The notes below the pieces were generated by a model, which searched no databases, was not told the DNA's origin, and saw only the letters and a program-made list of their open reading frames with translations. 64,000 nucleotides of DNA from Octopus sinensis (taxonomy: Eukaryota), in contig NC_043006.1 of assembly GCF_006345805.1 (NCBI RefSeq), positions 99,820,001 to 99,884,000 of the forward strand, read 5' to 3'. A program made the translations under genes and the position numbers. Every line of letters begins with the position of its first letter. The first letter of the stretch is position 1. Of this stretch, positions 1-13,000 are shown one piece after another.

Positions 1-174
1 GTTATTATAATTAACATAATTACAAAGATTGAGTCAACGGAACCGTTCGAGAGTCGGAGAAATGCATGCTGGTATTTTTTTTGGATTTTTTTCGTTCTGG
101 TTGCAGATTTTGTTGAGGTTAGTCTTTGTCTGAATCTCTAGGTATCGTTGAATTGCAAGCTGCATCGCGTGACC

Positions 175-400
175 TTATGTACTCATCAATTTTCATAAGA
201 ATCTTGCTGTCCCTAATAAGCAGATTTTCTGCGTAACAGAGCAGTTTATGTCACAATCAATATGCTTCTCGAACTTTTGAAACTTTTTTGCTTATGATAC
301 ACAACGCACCGATGACAAGAGTTCCTATCTCTATTTTTGCATTCCTATACTCTCCCAAGCTCGTGTCTCAAATCATTATACTTGTTAAGTATTGTGAAGG
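175..400 (-). mobile_element. Highly degenerate 3' fragment of an RLE-type (R4/Dong-like) non-LTR retrotransposon
   Basis: Minus-strand translation across frameshifts gives LNKYNDLRHELGRV*...TLVIGALCIISKK...TQKICLLGTARFL*. This matches the C-terminus of the RLE elements at 1470-1997 and 42840-43079 (KY.DL..E..R.W, VIGALG, Q..LLGTA). Confidence 0.6.
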
Positions 401-504
401 AGAAAGAAATGGCTCTTACAGGTTTTTCATTGAACGACGTTCGTCATCGTATCACATTTCCAATTCTTTTACTCTCTTTGTGCTATTAATGTTATTTATT
501 AACA

Positions 505-505
505 T

Positions 506-583
<78 letters not shown>

Positions 584-752
584 AGCTACTACTACTACCA
601 CCATTAGTAGTATTAATATTACTACTACTACCACTACTACTACTACTACTACTACCACCATTAGTAGTATTAACATTACTACTACTACTACTACTACCAC
701 TACTACTACTGCTACTACTACTACTGTAGTTATTATTATTATTATTATTATT
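505..752. repeat. (TAC)n/(TAT)n compound microsatellite
   Basis: Direct reading; source of the poly-T/V/S pseudo-ORFs. Confidence 0.95.
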
Positions 753-761
753 ACTGTTATT

Positions 762-1186
762 GAGTGAGAAAGCAATGCATGCCATCAAGGTGATACTGGG
801 GTAAAATACACGAAGCCCAGTATACCCATCATGACTACCCGTCTGATAAGGTTACACTAGGTATATGCTGGTGGGGCCCAGTTAGAATTTTCTTCTGGTC
901 GAGTAACCCACCACGTTCAACAGGTCCTTGAATAAAGGTTGCTTTAGGATGTTGAATAAAACACCCATGTTTCCAGAGGTGAATTATTCACAACCCCAAA
1001 GAATCCTCTTCAACACATGGCTATGATGCTCCCCCACTACTTCTGCTCGTGATCAGAGATGCACATATCGTCAGCCAGTAAGCGACATGCTCAACAGGTT
1101 TAGGTCAAACAGCTGACAAGCAAATCTATGGTATTGAGCAGAATATTAGCTGTAGCCCATCTTTTATACCAAGACAAAACAATGTG
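762..1186 (-). mobile_element. Unclassified non-coding interspersed repeat anchored in (TAA)n
   Basis: Homologous to 5733-6003 in the opposite orientation. Both copies end at the same ...ctct(c/t)actc|aataat junction. Flanked on both sides by TTA/TAA repeats. Confidence 0.7.
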
Positions 1187-1195
1187 CTATTATTA

Positions 1196-1247
<52 letters not shown>

Positions 1248-1248
<1 letters not shown>

Positions 1249-2120
1249 TATGTTTGAGTTTTGCTTTATATTTGTACAAGTTGGCTCCAAGTCTCACCCA
1301 GAGACCTCAAGAGAAAACAGGTTGGAAGTTCATGTTGTTGTTATGCCTAGTGTGCCATATGTTTTTTTGGGGGGGGAGTTTTTGGTGTTGTACTAATGAA
1401 TGTCGAAAAAAAAAAATTTATAATTTATTTTTTTTTAACCGAAAATTATGTTTGTTTTAAACCTTGAGATTACATAGAAAGTATTTTGCGTAGGATATGA
1501 GCAGTTCCCATGAGCACTATCTTTTGAATTTCTGCCATTTTGGGGTTTCCTGGTATCTGAGTTAGGTACCTATCAGCCCCTTTTGCTATCATTCCCAGGG
1601 CACCTATGACAACAGGTATTGTTTTAGTCTTCAGCTTCCACATTTTGGTGATTTCTATTTCAAGATCTTTATATTTGCTCAGTTTTTGGTAGGTCTTGAC
1701 AAATACGTTTATATCGATTAGGACAGTCATATCAATGAGGAGGCATGTTCTTTGTTTGAAGTCTTTCAATATGATGTTTGGCCTATTTGCATCTATCTTT
1801 CTGTCAGTTTGAATGGTGGAGTTCCAGAGGAGTGAGATGTGATCATTTTCAAGCACTGGGGGTGGTTTGTGTTCCCACCAGTTTTTTTCATGGGGCAAAT
1901 CCAGGTTTTTGCAGATTACCGAGTGAATATATTGTGCAGCTCTATCGTGTCTGTTGAGATACTCTGTAGGCGCTAGAAGACTGCATTTGGAGACCACATG
2001 GTCAATGGTTTCATTTTGTTGCTAGCGTACACGATACGTTGGACTGCTTCTGATCTTTAATATGTTGGCCTGGTAGTTTCTTGTTGGTAGGCATTGATCT
2101 TGAGCTGCTATGATAAACCC
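1248..2120 (-). mobile_element. 5'-truncated R4/Dong-like RLE LINE (zinc knuckle remnant + restriction-like endonuclease + 3' UTR)
   Basis: GFIIAAQDQCLPTRNYQ...ETIDHVVSKC runs into ORF 1470-1997 (RHDRAAQYIH, DANRPNII, KLSKYKDLEIEITKMW, VVIGALG, LMGTAHILRK). In-frame stop near 2024. (TAA)n on both sides. Confidence 0.9.
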
Positions 2121-2125
2121 TTATT

Positions 2126-2168
<43 letters not shown>

Positions 2169-2400
2169 TTGTTGTTGTTGTTGTTGTTGTTGTTGCTGTT
2201 GTTATTATTATTATTATTATTATTGTTATTGTTATTGTTATGACGACGACGACGATAACAAGGATGATGATGACGATGATGGTGATGATCATGATCATGA
2301 TGATGAGTATAATGATGTTGATTATGATGTTGATGATGACAATGATGATAATGATGGTAATAGTGATGATGAAGTTGACGATAATGTTAATAATAATATG
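2121..2400. repeat. Compound (TTA)/(TTG)/(ATG) microsatellite
   Basis: Direct reading. Confidence 0.9.
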
Positions 2401-3442
2401 CAACTGTAGAAACGCCAAAAATGAGTGTGGATATTAAAAACCAAAACGTTTCTAAAATATTAATTTGCATACATCGTCATAGCTCAAAAACTCATATTTT
2501 CTCTATGTACATACGAGAGAATATTACATTACAATACTACTAGCAATTGTTAAAGAGAGAAGTCGTTCATTTTAAAAAGAAACCCGACATATGTTACATT
2601 TCTAAGATAGCAAAATTAAAATTTGAGGTATTTTCATGATAAAGAAAAAATGCATTCTTTATGTATATAATTCTCTTTATTTTTGAGTATATTCAATACA
2701 AGAGTGAGAAGTAACTTATTCGGTATTCTGAAGTAACATATCCGATACCTTACATGAAACTATATACAGGTGTACACCATCTAACCACAATCTTGGTGTT
2801 TAGATCTTCATGGTTAAAAAATGTACTACGTTTCCAATCTTCGTTGAGAAGCATTTTAAGACATCTTCCGGGGACAATCTCTTTACAAGGAAGATTTCGC
2901 CGTTTGGAATTCTTAACAGCGAAAACACACATTTACACACATATAATCTTAAGCAAAATGAGGCGAAAAACTCCATTGCATCATTTTCAATAACATGTTT
3001 TTCCTTCTTAAAATTTAACAAGAATGCATTGATAGATCTGACATTTTTATTGAAATTATATCTGTCACGTCATTTCGAATTTCAATAAACTGTACGAGTA
3101 ATTTATTAATGTTGACAAAATCCTCATTCAAATCTTTCAAATCCGTCATAAATAGAATGCACACCCATATATATTTTCTTGCATCTTTTGTTGGAATGAG
3201 CAAAATGAATTCTGTCATCAATTTTCAGAGAATATTCAGCACGTCATTAAAATTATTATTGTAATATTTCAGCAGAGTAAATGTGGCAAAAGATGCAGAT
3301 TTCTTTGCTTCACTTTTATTTGCAATGATTTGGGTTTTTTGAAATCATTTATTTCCTACATTAAAGAAATATATGTGAGTATGTATATATGCATGCATGT
3401 ATGTATTATCTCTCTTTTTCTCTAATACACGCACTGTCATGT

Positions 3443-3504
<62 letters not shown>

Positions 3505-4210
3505 AATATATATATATATATTTCATTATTATTAAAGCTTCCAAAACATCACAAACGTGTCCCAAAAGTTTGCTACTCAGAGTTTCCCGTTCCCGTTCGG
3601 GACAGTTTAGATTGAGAATGGAACAAACAAAGTTCACAATTTATAACGCATACAATTTACATTGACAGATACACATTTGAAATTGGTTTCTTTTCATTGG
3701 TCCTTTCGACAAACGCTTTTATTTAATCAATAAGGACAGGTTTAAAATCGTATTATGTGATATCAAAAAAAATCTTAAATCAAAACTCAAAATTTCAAAA
3801 ATGACTGCAGTTAGAAGGATAAAAAAAAAACGTATATACCCAGAATAAATTAATGATAAAATAAGTTTAATTAAAACTAAATAAATGTAGACCTAAATTA
3901 TAATATTATTCACTTGCATAAATGAAATGGCCTAAAAATAAACACACTGTACTTATACATGTATACACTAAACACATAAACGTTTACACGTACACTAAAC
4001 ATATAAACGATAATATATTCATACATACATAACTACAAACATACACTGGCAAAATATAAATGTTTCTGCGATATTTTTTCTGTCTTGACAGCTTTAATGA
4101 TAATAAAGCTTATTACTCCACCTCCAGTATTCCAGTACCTCCTTTTCACACCTTGTTTCATATATTAGTCATTGCTTTTGTATGTTTGTGTATTTGTACC
4201 TCTGTGAGCG

Positions 4211-4234
<24 letters not shown>

Positions 4235-4242
<8 letters not shown>

Positions 4243-4768
4243 AATTATAAGAGAGTTACCACTATGTGGATAGCTCTAGTGCTAAAAATAGCTCCGTTAC
4301 TAGTATAGCCACAGTAAGAGGTTTCCAAGAAGAAATAACATTACATTTAACGGAAGGAAAGTGAAATATAACGGAAAAATAGATTGACTCTGAACAATTG
4401 TTTCATTACTAATGTAATATGTAATTTTACTTACATAGACATCAATAAATCATCGGCAGAGGTTTGTCTTAAATACAATTTACTAGACACTCACGAGCGT
4501 CAAATACACGTGCGGTTTAAAAAATTGTATTTAAGACAAACCTCTGTCGATGATTTATTGATGTCTATGTAAGTAAAACTACATATTGCATTAGTAATGA
4601 AACAATTGTTCAGGGTCAATCTATTTTTTCGTTACATTTCACTTTCCTTCCGTTAAATGCAATGTTATTTCTTCTTGGAAACATCTTACTGTGGCTATAC
4701 TAGTAACGGAGCTATTTTTAGCACTGGAGCTATCCACATATTGGTAACTATCTTATAATTTATGTATA
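4235..4768. mobile_element. Foldback/MITE-like palindrome with 247-bp arms and a 40-nt spacer
   Basis: 4235-4481 is the near-exact reverse complement of 4522-4768 (e.g. gtggatagctctagtgctaaaaatagctccgttactagtatagccacagtaag versus cttactgtggctatactagtaacggagctatttttagcactggagctatccac). Starts in a TA run. Confidence 0.85.
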
Positions 4769-4860
4769 AAGTTGTATTATCTCCCTAGTTTTATGTGCTA
4801 AGCGAATTGGTGTTAAATTAATGGTATTATTAAATTAGTATCAAATTTTTCACCCTCATT

Positions 4861-4999
<139 letters not shown>

Positions 5000-5411
5000 A
5001 GGTAGATAGATACACACACATATATACATACATACATACATACATATAGATAGATTGATTGGTAGGTAGATAGTTAGACCGTTTTGTTGACTCAACCGCA
5101 TGTTCATATGGCCAATACCATATACTGACAGTTGGGATTAGACAAACCATCCGGCGATGGAGTAGTCGCTACTGATGATCTTATGGTGACCTATCTGCTG
5201 TGGGACGGTAGTCTTCTCTGTCAGTGCATAGACATGTGTTCCCTGCAGTTATAAGAGCTTTGAACTGTTACTTCTAGCAATGTAGGTGCTACATTGCACG
5301 CTCAGTCACAATCAGTGACAATTGAACTTTTCCTTTCCTCTTTTATATTGTGTGTAGCTGCCTTCGTTATTTTATAATATACATATTACCATTCTGCTCA
5401 ATCAGGCACTG

Positions 5412-5455
<44 letters not shown>

Positions 5456-5502
5456 TATTATTATTATTATATTATTATTATTAATATTATTATTATCATC
5501 AT

Positions 5503-5620
5503 CTTTCAATTCTGTTTCCATTTCTTGCCGAGTGTCTTCCTGACACCTAGGACAGAGAAAAGCACTGTATACATTAGTAGGCGATTAAAATAAACACACC
5601 AAATAATAAACCAGAATAAC
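5503..5620 (-). mobile_element. Possible 3' end of another (TAA)n-anchored LINE
   Basis: Minus strand reads ...gtgcttttctctgtcctaggtgtcaggaagacactcggcaagaaatggaaacagaattgaaag then (atg/taa)n. Only weak resemblance to an RLE 'KVLSV*' end. Confidence 0.35.
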
Positions 5621-5732
5621 AATAATAGACAGATCAAACAGAATTCGATAGGGCCTCTTAAATACAAATGCTTAAAATTTGAAGTTGCGAAAACTAGGAA
5701 TATAAATCTGTAAATGTTGTGCCTGTAATAGA

Positions 5733-6003
5733 GTTTGAATAATTCAGCTCTAAAAACATGGGTGTTTCGTTCAACATTCCTAAAGATCCCTTATTCAAAG
5801 ATCTTTTCAGCAGGATGTGCTACTGACTGGAACCCCACCTGCAAGATCAAGCGCCGTTTATCTTGCTATGAGATCACCATATTGTGCACATATGGTTGTG
5901 ATGCATGGTGTACCCTTATGACACGGGTAGTCAAGATAGGTATATTAGGCTTCGTATATTTTACACCAGTGACGCTTTCATGGTATGCAATGCTCTCTTA
6001 CTC
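5733..6003 (+). mobile_element. Second, diverged copy of the 762-1186 repeat
   Basis: Shared blocks aaacatgggtgttt..ttcaacat, gggtagtca.gat.ggtata.t.ggcttcgt.tattttac.ccagt and a ctc|aataat end. Confidence 0.75.
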
Positions 6004-8685
6004 AATAATAATAATTGTTTGCTTTTCAGCTACATATCCACAAAAGAATGAGGGGCATTACAGCAAAATATAGTGTTGGAGAGATGTACTGTACAAAGTT
6101 GAAAATATAGCATTATTATTGAGCTTGAAAAATTTATATAAAAACATAGTTATCTATACACAGTAAAATTTATGTAATACCATAATAAAAGCATTTTAAC
6201 TATATACGCATTGAATATACATTTGTGTTCTACTGTCTACTTTGTATTCCTGGATATTTCATATTGTTCTTTGCTAGAAATTTCAGAATTTTCCATGTAA
6301 AAATATTTTGATACATAAATTGTTAGATAAGGCCTAAATGTCATGTCGATAGACGACATATATTCATATAATTCCTGACCAAAAGGTGTGCTAATATTCT
6401 GCCATATTCTACTGCTTAAGTGTTATCTGAACTTTGTACAGGAAAATTTGTGTATGTCGTATATTGCCTTATTGTTTCAGTTGTTCTTGCGAAAGACGGC
6501 AAATCACATGTAATTTAAGTAGGAAGTTATTTCCTTCCCGAAGAATACACCTTCTATTTCCTATGAGAGAGGATTCTTCCTTAGAAGAAAGTTTCGCATA
6601 TTCACAAGGGTACTTCACCAAGCACATCTACAATTTCGCATTTTTTTTATTCATGTTTAGAACGAGCTTCTTTTGTTTACCGTCTGGTCTCCATAATCAT
6701 AAACGTTTCGAATGGCATTTCTACGAGCGAGTGCTAACTGGTCGCTTACATTTTTCGTGCTTTGGCCGGTTGTGTTCTTGCATGACAGGGTTTTTTCATG
6801 GCAGTAATAACGGGCAATTTATAACGGTGATCCACAAATTCAATAGAAAGCGATGCACCACCAAAATTCATGTCTAAATTGATCCCATACGCATATTATT
6901 TCACAGAAATCGACATCTCATCGATAACTTGGGAGTTAGCCATGTATTCCCTTACAGATATCAGTAATAGACTAATTCTGTTTAAGGATATGTGTCATGA
7001 TTATATTGGTAAAAATTGCAAAAAGTGTTTAGATTTCCTGTTCAAAGTTTTTGGTCTTGTACAACGCTGAAGTGCTGACCCTATATATTCCTACTCATAC
7101 CGCTCGTGCTCCCACTAGATGTCTTGTTAATAATGCATATCCCGCTACCTGGTAATGATTCCTTCAGTAATAAGTACGCCCGTGCTATTTCGTTTTAACT
7201 GTTCCTTTGCTATAGTTGTTCTGCAATAGTCTTTATTTTTAAATTTCTTCCAAGACCCATCACCTGTTCAATTCAGCTTGATATCTTCCAAACAGTATGT
7301 AGGTAGAGGCAAAGATATCTACAGGTGAATGCCCTGTCCGGCTTCATCTTTCCCTGGAGATATCGAACTACAAGAGCTGTAACAACCTGTAAATGCATTA
7401 ATAACACCGGTTTTACAGGAATTGAAACACGAAAGCTACTCTACGGTTGGCAGCTTAGAATACAGTCGCATATAGTATTTGTAGTGCGATGTTCGCAGTC
7501 GTCTCTCGTAATTTTTTTCTTCATGTAGGTATTAATTTATTCTTCAAAGTGACTACATATTCCGATAGTCTGCAATGTCTTTCACGTAATGTTTAGTTTC
7601 CTTCTGTTGTGTGAGTTTACTTCTGACATTTAAAGCACATTGAGGTAGTCACATTACTAGTTATGTTACGCTTGTTCGTGTTTATTGTGTTGCTGATATA
7701 GCTAATGCCGTTGTCTTTTATGTTGTTTTTGTTGTGCCACTACTATTTTTCTTCCTTTCGCTGAAGTTATTACTGCTTTTGTTGTTGCTGATATTATTAC
7801 CGCATCAATTGCTGTACTTTCTTTATACGTATTTTCAATGTTGTTTTTACTATTGTATTTCTACGTTTATTCTGTTGTCGTTTTCCTTTCATTCTTCCCG
7901 CTATATTCCTATATTTGTTGATGTCAATAATGTTGTTGTTACTTTTTTGTTTACTTAATTGTTGATGCAATGTTTGTTGTATATTTGATATTATTGCTAA
8001 TATTGTTGCCGTAGCTGTATTTATTTTACGATTATTTGATCGATTCTTGCTCTTGTTCTCGATATAGATTTTTTTTATTGATTTTATTTGTATGTTTCTC
8101 ATTGTTGTTGCTGGGTTTTTTTCCTGATATTTTTTGCTGCTGTTGCTGTTGCTTCTTTTGCTTCCACCGACCAATATATTCCAGAACTAAATGAACCATT
8201 TCCAATAAACGAAAAGTGCCTGTTAGCCAAAATACTGCAGCAGAGATTTTTATATTGAAAAGATGGAACGTTTCATTGAATAACAGAAAGAATATTTGAA
8301 TCGTTTTACATTTTGGAATGCAACGATAATATTAATGGAGATGAAGACGTTGCTTACGGAATAATGGGGATTTAGGGAACTAAAGGAAAGAGTAAAGGAT
8401 TTCTTGATCGGTGCTATTTCTATTAGCATTAGGATGTAAGCATATATCATTAACCTGAGTAGCCTTGCTTGCGTCCTGGTTTTTCCCATTTTTGTAGCTG
8501 CTCTTGATCCTGGAAATTGCGCATGAATTTGTTTCATCCCACTCGCTTTTTCTTGGTAGGGTAGAATTCAATCTTTTTATCTACTTGACTACATCAAATA
8601 TATTACAGTATTATACTTGCATCGATGGATCGGATTATATACCTTTCAGCTGCAATAGTGTTGCTTAAGGCTCATAAAATAACGT

Positions 8686-8687
8686 TA

Positions 8688-8754
<67 letters not shown>

Positions 8755-8766
8755 CATTACTACTAC

Positions 8767-8808
<42 letters not shown>

Positions 8809-8910
8809 TACTACTACTACTACTACTATTATTATTATTATTATTATTATTATTGTTATTATTGCTGGTGCTGTTGTTGTTGCTATTGTTGTTGTTTCTG
8901 TTATTGCTAC
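8686..8910. repeat. (TTA)n/(TAC)/(TTG) microsatellite
   Basis: Direct reading. Confidence 0.95.
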
Positions 8911-9854
8911 TGATTCCAAGATCATCTTTGATCAGGCAGCCCTATCATCAAAGGAATTCCCTCTGCAACTATACCGCTTTTAATGTGTCATTAAATTTAA
9001 ATACTTAATATTTCCTTTCTTTCTTATAATGGTTCAATTTGTTTGGGGGAAACCATTAGAGTTGTTATATCTAGAAGGATGAAATAACACGCAAAACATT
9101 TTCTATTCTTGTGCTGTTTAGCTCTGCTGGAGAAGAAATATGATGACTTGTACATCATGCGATCCTTCTCATTCCATCCTCTCAGGGATTTTTAGAACGC
9201 CAAACTTTTTCAATCATTTTTTTTTGTTAATGATAATATAGTATGTTATTTAAATGAGATTTGATTGCTTTCTCTAGAAGATCAGGCAACCTGTGTTCTG
9301 TGAAGTATTGTGATAAGGCTTCAATATATCTTGGGAGAGAGATTACGAATAGCATCATCTTTCATTTTATCAAATTTTGCGTAATATACATTAGTGAAGA
9401 AATACTGACAGCCCTCTAATACTATTATACCACTGAACTGGTGATTATGTTATGCGCCACTATCATATCACCAGTATCATAATTTTACTCTGAGATGAGG
9501 GAACCAGGTTGTTCATAAGGATTTCAACTTTCCCTTGTAACTATAGTGTCTCAAATTTACTGAGTCCATAATGTACTGAGTCAACTGTACAAGTTTCCTG
9601 TAAGTTTTTTTTCATTCTCTCAATTACTCCTAGTGCTCGGTTATAAAATATTTTATAACACGTGAAGTGTGTAGAATGGATCCTTGTATCGGTATTAGTT
9701 CCCAATATATTGCTCTTTATGTAAAATGAAAACGTCATAAAGAGGAGATGAGGACATTTTCTGTGTAACCTTTTGAATGAATGAATAGATAGTTATGCCC
9801 ACGTTGTTGTTTATGGATTACCGTAGGCACTACTATCACTCAGACAACGATTGA

Positions 9855-10091
9855 AATGTTAGAAGCATCAGACCTGCCAGACATCCTCACCGCTTCGTGA
9901 AGGGATGTGAATATTTCGCACGACTGTTTTCCCCCACCGGCAAAAAGACAAATGCTTCAAAGAGATACACAGTATATAAAGCAGAAGGGAAACGTAAGGA
10001 AACAAGATACCATTGTTCCCAATGTGATATGACATTGTGTGTGGTACCCTTCTTTGAACTCTAGCACACTAAAGTCAAAGTCGATTTTTAA
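9855..10091 (+). mobile_element. Degenerate piggyBac-type transposase C-terminal Cys-rich domain
   Basis: Frame reads [46 protein letters not shown], matching the piggyBac/PGBD KRC.VC...RKETRY.C..C...LC..PCF..YH pattern with lost Cys residues and a stop. Confidence 0.75.
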
Positions 10092-13000
10092 TTCACGTGA
10101 TTGTAAATACACGAATATTGTCCGAGTGGTACTCTCGATTGATCTTACTCAGGAATAAGACCGCATGAGCGTCCCGCACAGGTATATAGTTTAAATAAAT
10201 AGTACATGCACAAAAGCGGTTGACGTAAATATACGCCGAACATTATCTCGCACCGAGAGCTGACCTCAGTCGACACGACTAAGGCTGCCGCGCACAGGCA
10301 ACCGAATTATTCACCGCCGAAAACTGTAGCCTTACTTGAAGAACGGCAGTCATGATTCGAATGTGTTGTATGAACAATTATACTCGATTAAATCTGTTCA
10401 ACGATTAAACAACAGCAGGTTATCTATGATTGTGTTAATGGGATTATGGCCAGATCTATAGAGTGCATTTTCTCTGAATAAAGTAACCGATCTAATTTCC
10501 CTTTAATCTTGCTATTGTCGTTATTTTTTAGATCCAATTATGGGAAGCAAACTGATTCATAATTATTTTTCGTCCCAGATTTCACAATTGGTAGAATGTC
10601 GCTTGTTTTCATATATACTTCAAAACTTTCTTCTATTGATTTTAACAGAGACTGAAAAGATGTATGACCCTATTGAAGAAAACAGCATAATACAAACGCG
10701 ACAGCTATGACGTTTTTTTTTATTCACTCCTCAACAAGCGTCCATTATTTAAATGTTGTTAGTTGTACACATATATACAAGAAACAAAATTCAAAGCAAC
10801 ATATAAACAATATTTTGTAAACATTTAGAAATCTGGCAGAAATATTCAGATATTCTTCTTTGATATGTAGTGTGTAAAATCATCGTCATTCAACGGTAGA
10901 ACATTAGCCTATTTTAAAACATTTTGTATATCAAAGCGTATACTATACTTAAGCTTAATTTTCTCATTTAGAAAAGGTTTTAATAATCTTCATTGCATTT
11001 TCTTTTCATAAAACAAAATAAAAACGTCAGTAGGTATATTAGAATATAAAGAAAATGGAAATGGAGAGCACTATTGTCCGATTGGGTTGTGACTAAGTTA
11101 TTTATTGAGAATAAGCTACAGAAAATTCTGTAAAACGCAGTGATTCGAGGAAGACACACTACGTGGCTTCTGATCTTTGATCGAGGTATTCTAATAATTG
11201 TTCCATTGAGGATGATACTGAACATTTAAGAAGAAATTTGGAAATAATGAGTGACCTAATTATCCATGGTTCAGAAACCACTAATCTCAGTGTGGGTGAG
11301 GAGATAACTAATCTAAGGTGAAGCTAGTAAAAGCTAAGCGTTCAATCAATGAAAAACTTCAAGTGACTGTTCTCTTTGATATTCATCAGTTGTGGAAAGA
11401 TTTTTGTCAGTTACCGTTTCTACTTCCATCGTACGATGAAAGAAAAGCGAGACATGAAATAGTCAGAAGAAACAAGCAAAAGAGATAATTATTGCGAAAG
11501 AAATTAAATCTTCTTAACCCTAGATGACGTTCATGTCATCATTAGCAATTTAGAAGTGTAGTACGAAAAAGAAAAATGAAAGGCAAAAAGTAGTATAGAG
11601 AATAAAATAATAAATAAATAAGAACAACAACACAAACCTAATGGAAAATAAGATATAACGTTAATTATCTTAGTTATCTAACCAAATTAGTCATCTTAAG
11701 TAACTTGGAGCTATTATTATGACTAAGAAAGTTAGTACATTCTCGAAGTGTATTAGCATATAGTTCTAACTTGTTAAATTTGTCAAATGATTGCTTTCAC
11801 ATAATGCAGTACAAATGTGGTAGCAAGTGAAGTTACACTTCTGCAATACTGGTTAGACTTTCAATATTGCAGTTTAAGTTCACTTTCGGATTATCCTTGT
11901 GATTTTCCGCTATGGGCAAGTGTAGGATTGGTCACTTGGAATTTTCTGTAAACAGCCTACGATTGCGAGATCTCCGGCACTCAAAGAACATTTTATATTG
12001 CTTGGCAATATAAAATGTGTGTGTGCGTGAGTGAGTGTGTGGTGTGTGTGTGTGTTTGTGAGTGCGTGTGTGTGTGTGTGTGTGTCTGTGTGTGTGTGTG
12101 TGTATGTGTGTGTGTGTGTGTTCTGTCGTAAATGCTTTGTTTTAGTTTACCGACGCGTTTACAATCTCGGTTACTATACGATAGTTGATGAGAAGATGGA
12201 AAGGTACGGTCATCATTTTTCTTCCATTTGCACAAGCGAGATCTATTTCAGACTAGATTCTGTTAGAAGTGTAATGCAGTCGTTAGAAGTGTAGTGCTGA
12301 AAAGGACTCCTAGTTTTACACAGCATTTAGGAGATAAAAGACAAGGAATTCAAATTATTCATTGGTTGGTTCATCAGCTTGCTCTTTTTCTCAGCCTGCT
12401 AGTCCCTCTGCGGCAAATAAGATTCAGGACATTTATGGTTCGCTTGATCAGATGCAAGACGAAAGCTACAGAAAAAAGTGTTTGTTGGTTATCAAACCCA
12501 CGAAACTGAATCGAAACGGAAGATAATGTTTGCATATATGCGTATTTGTGTATGAATGTGTGTGAGCATGAATAAATGAAAATACAGTCTCTATATCATT
12601 GGATCTTTTTATGATATCTATGATTATTTCTCTACCAGTGTGTTGAGGAATGTATAAATTGTGCTACTCTCGTTCAACTTCGTTATAAATTACGTCGATC
12701 CTTTCTTGAAGAATGTAGGATATAATTTGATGTACCTGATGTTAATATTTCCACCTCGATTAAGATGCCGATCTTGCAGAGTCGTTAGCAGTCGGGCAAA
12801 ATGTTTAGCAGCATTTCTTTTAATCTTTACGTTTTGTGCTCAAATTCCACTGAAACAAACAGCTGAATATTGAGGTCGAAGCAAAAGACTTATACTCTCT
12901 CTACCAAAATTTGAAAACAATAGTGGTATCTCAAGCATAACATTGAGAACATTTGTAACCTAGAAAATATACACTTTTGTAAATTCAACATACTTTGCGT

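Noticed and set aside
1020-1078. CUGACGA hammerhead core on the minus strand of the 762-1186 repeat
   Set aside because: No convincing stem II, GAAG instead of GAAA, and no stem III.
8250-8571. Possible pogo/Tigger remnant (WDET...NA)
   Set aside because: Only one short motif; too weak without a profile search.
12394-12525. Open frame after a polypyrimidine-AG (PASPSAANKIQDIYGSLDQMQDESYRKK...)
   Set aside because: No recognisable homology and no partner exons; compatible with chance.
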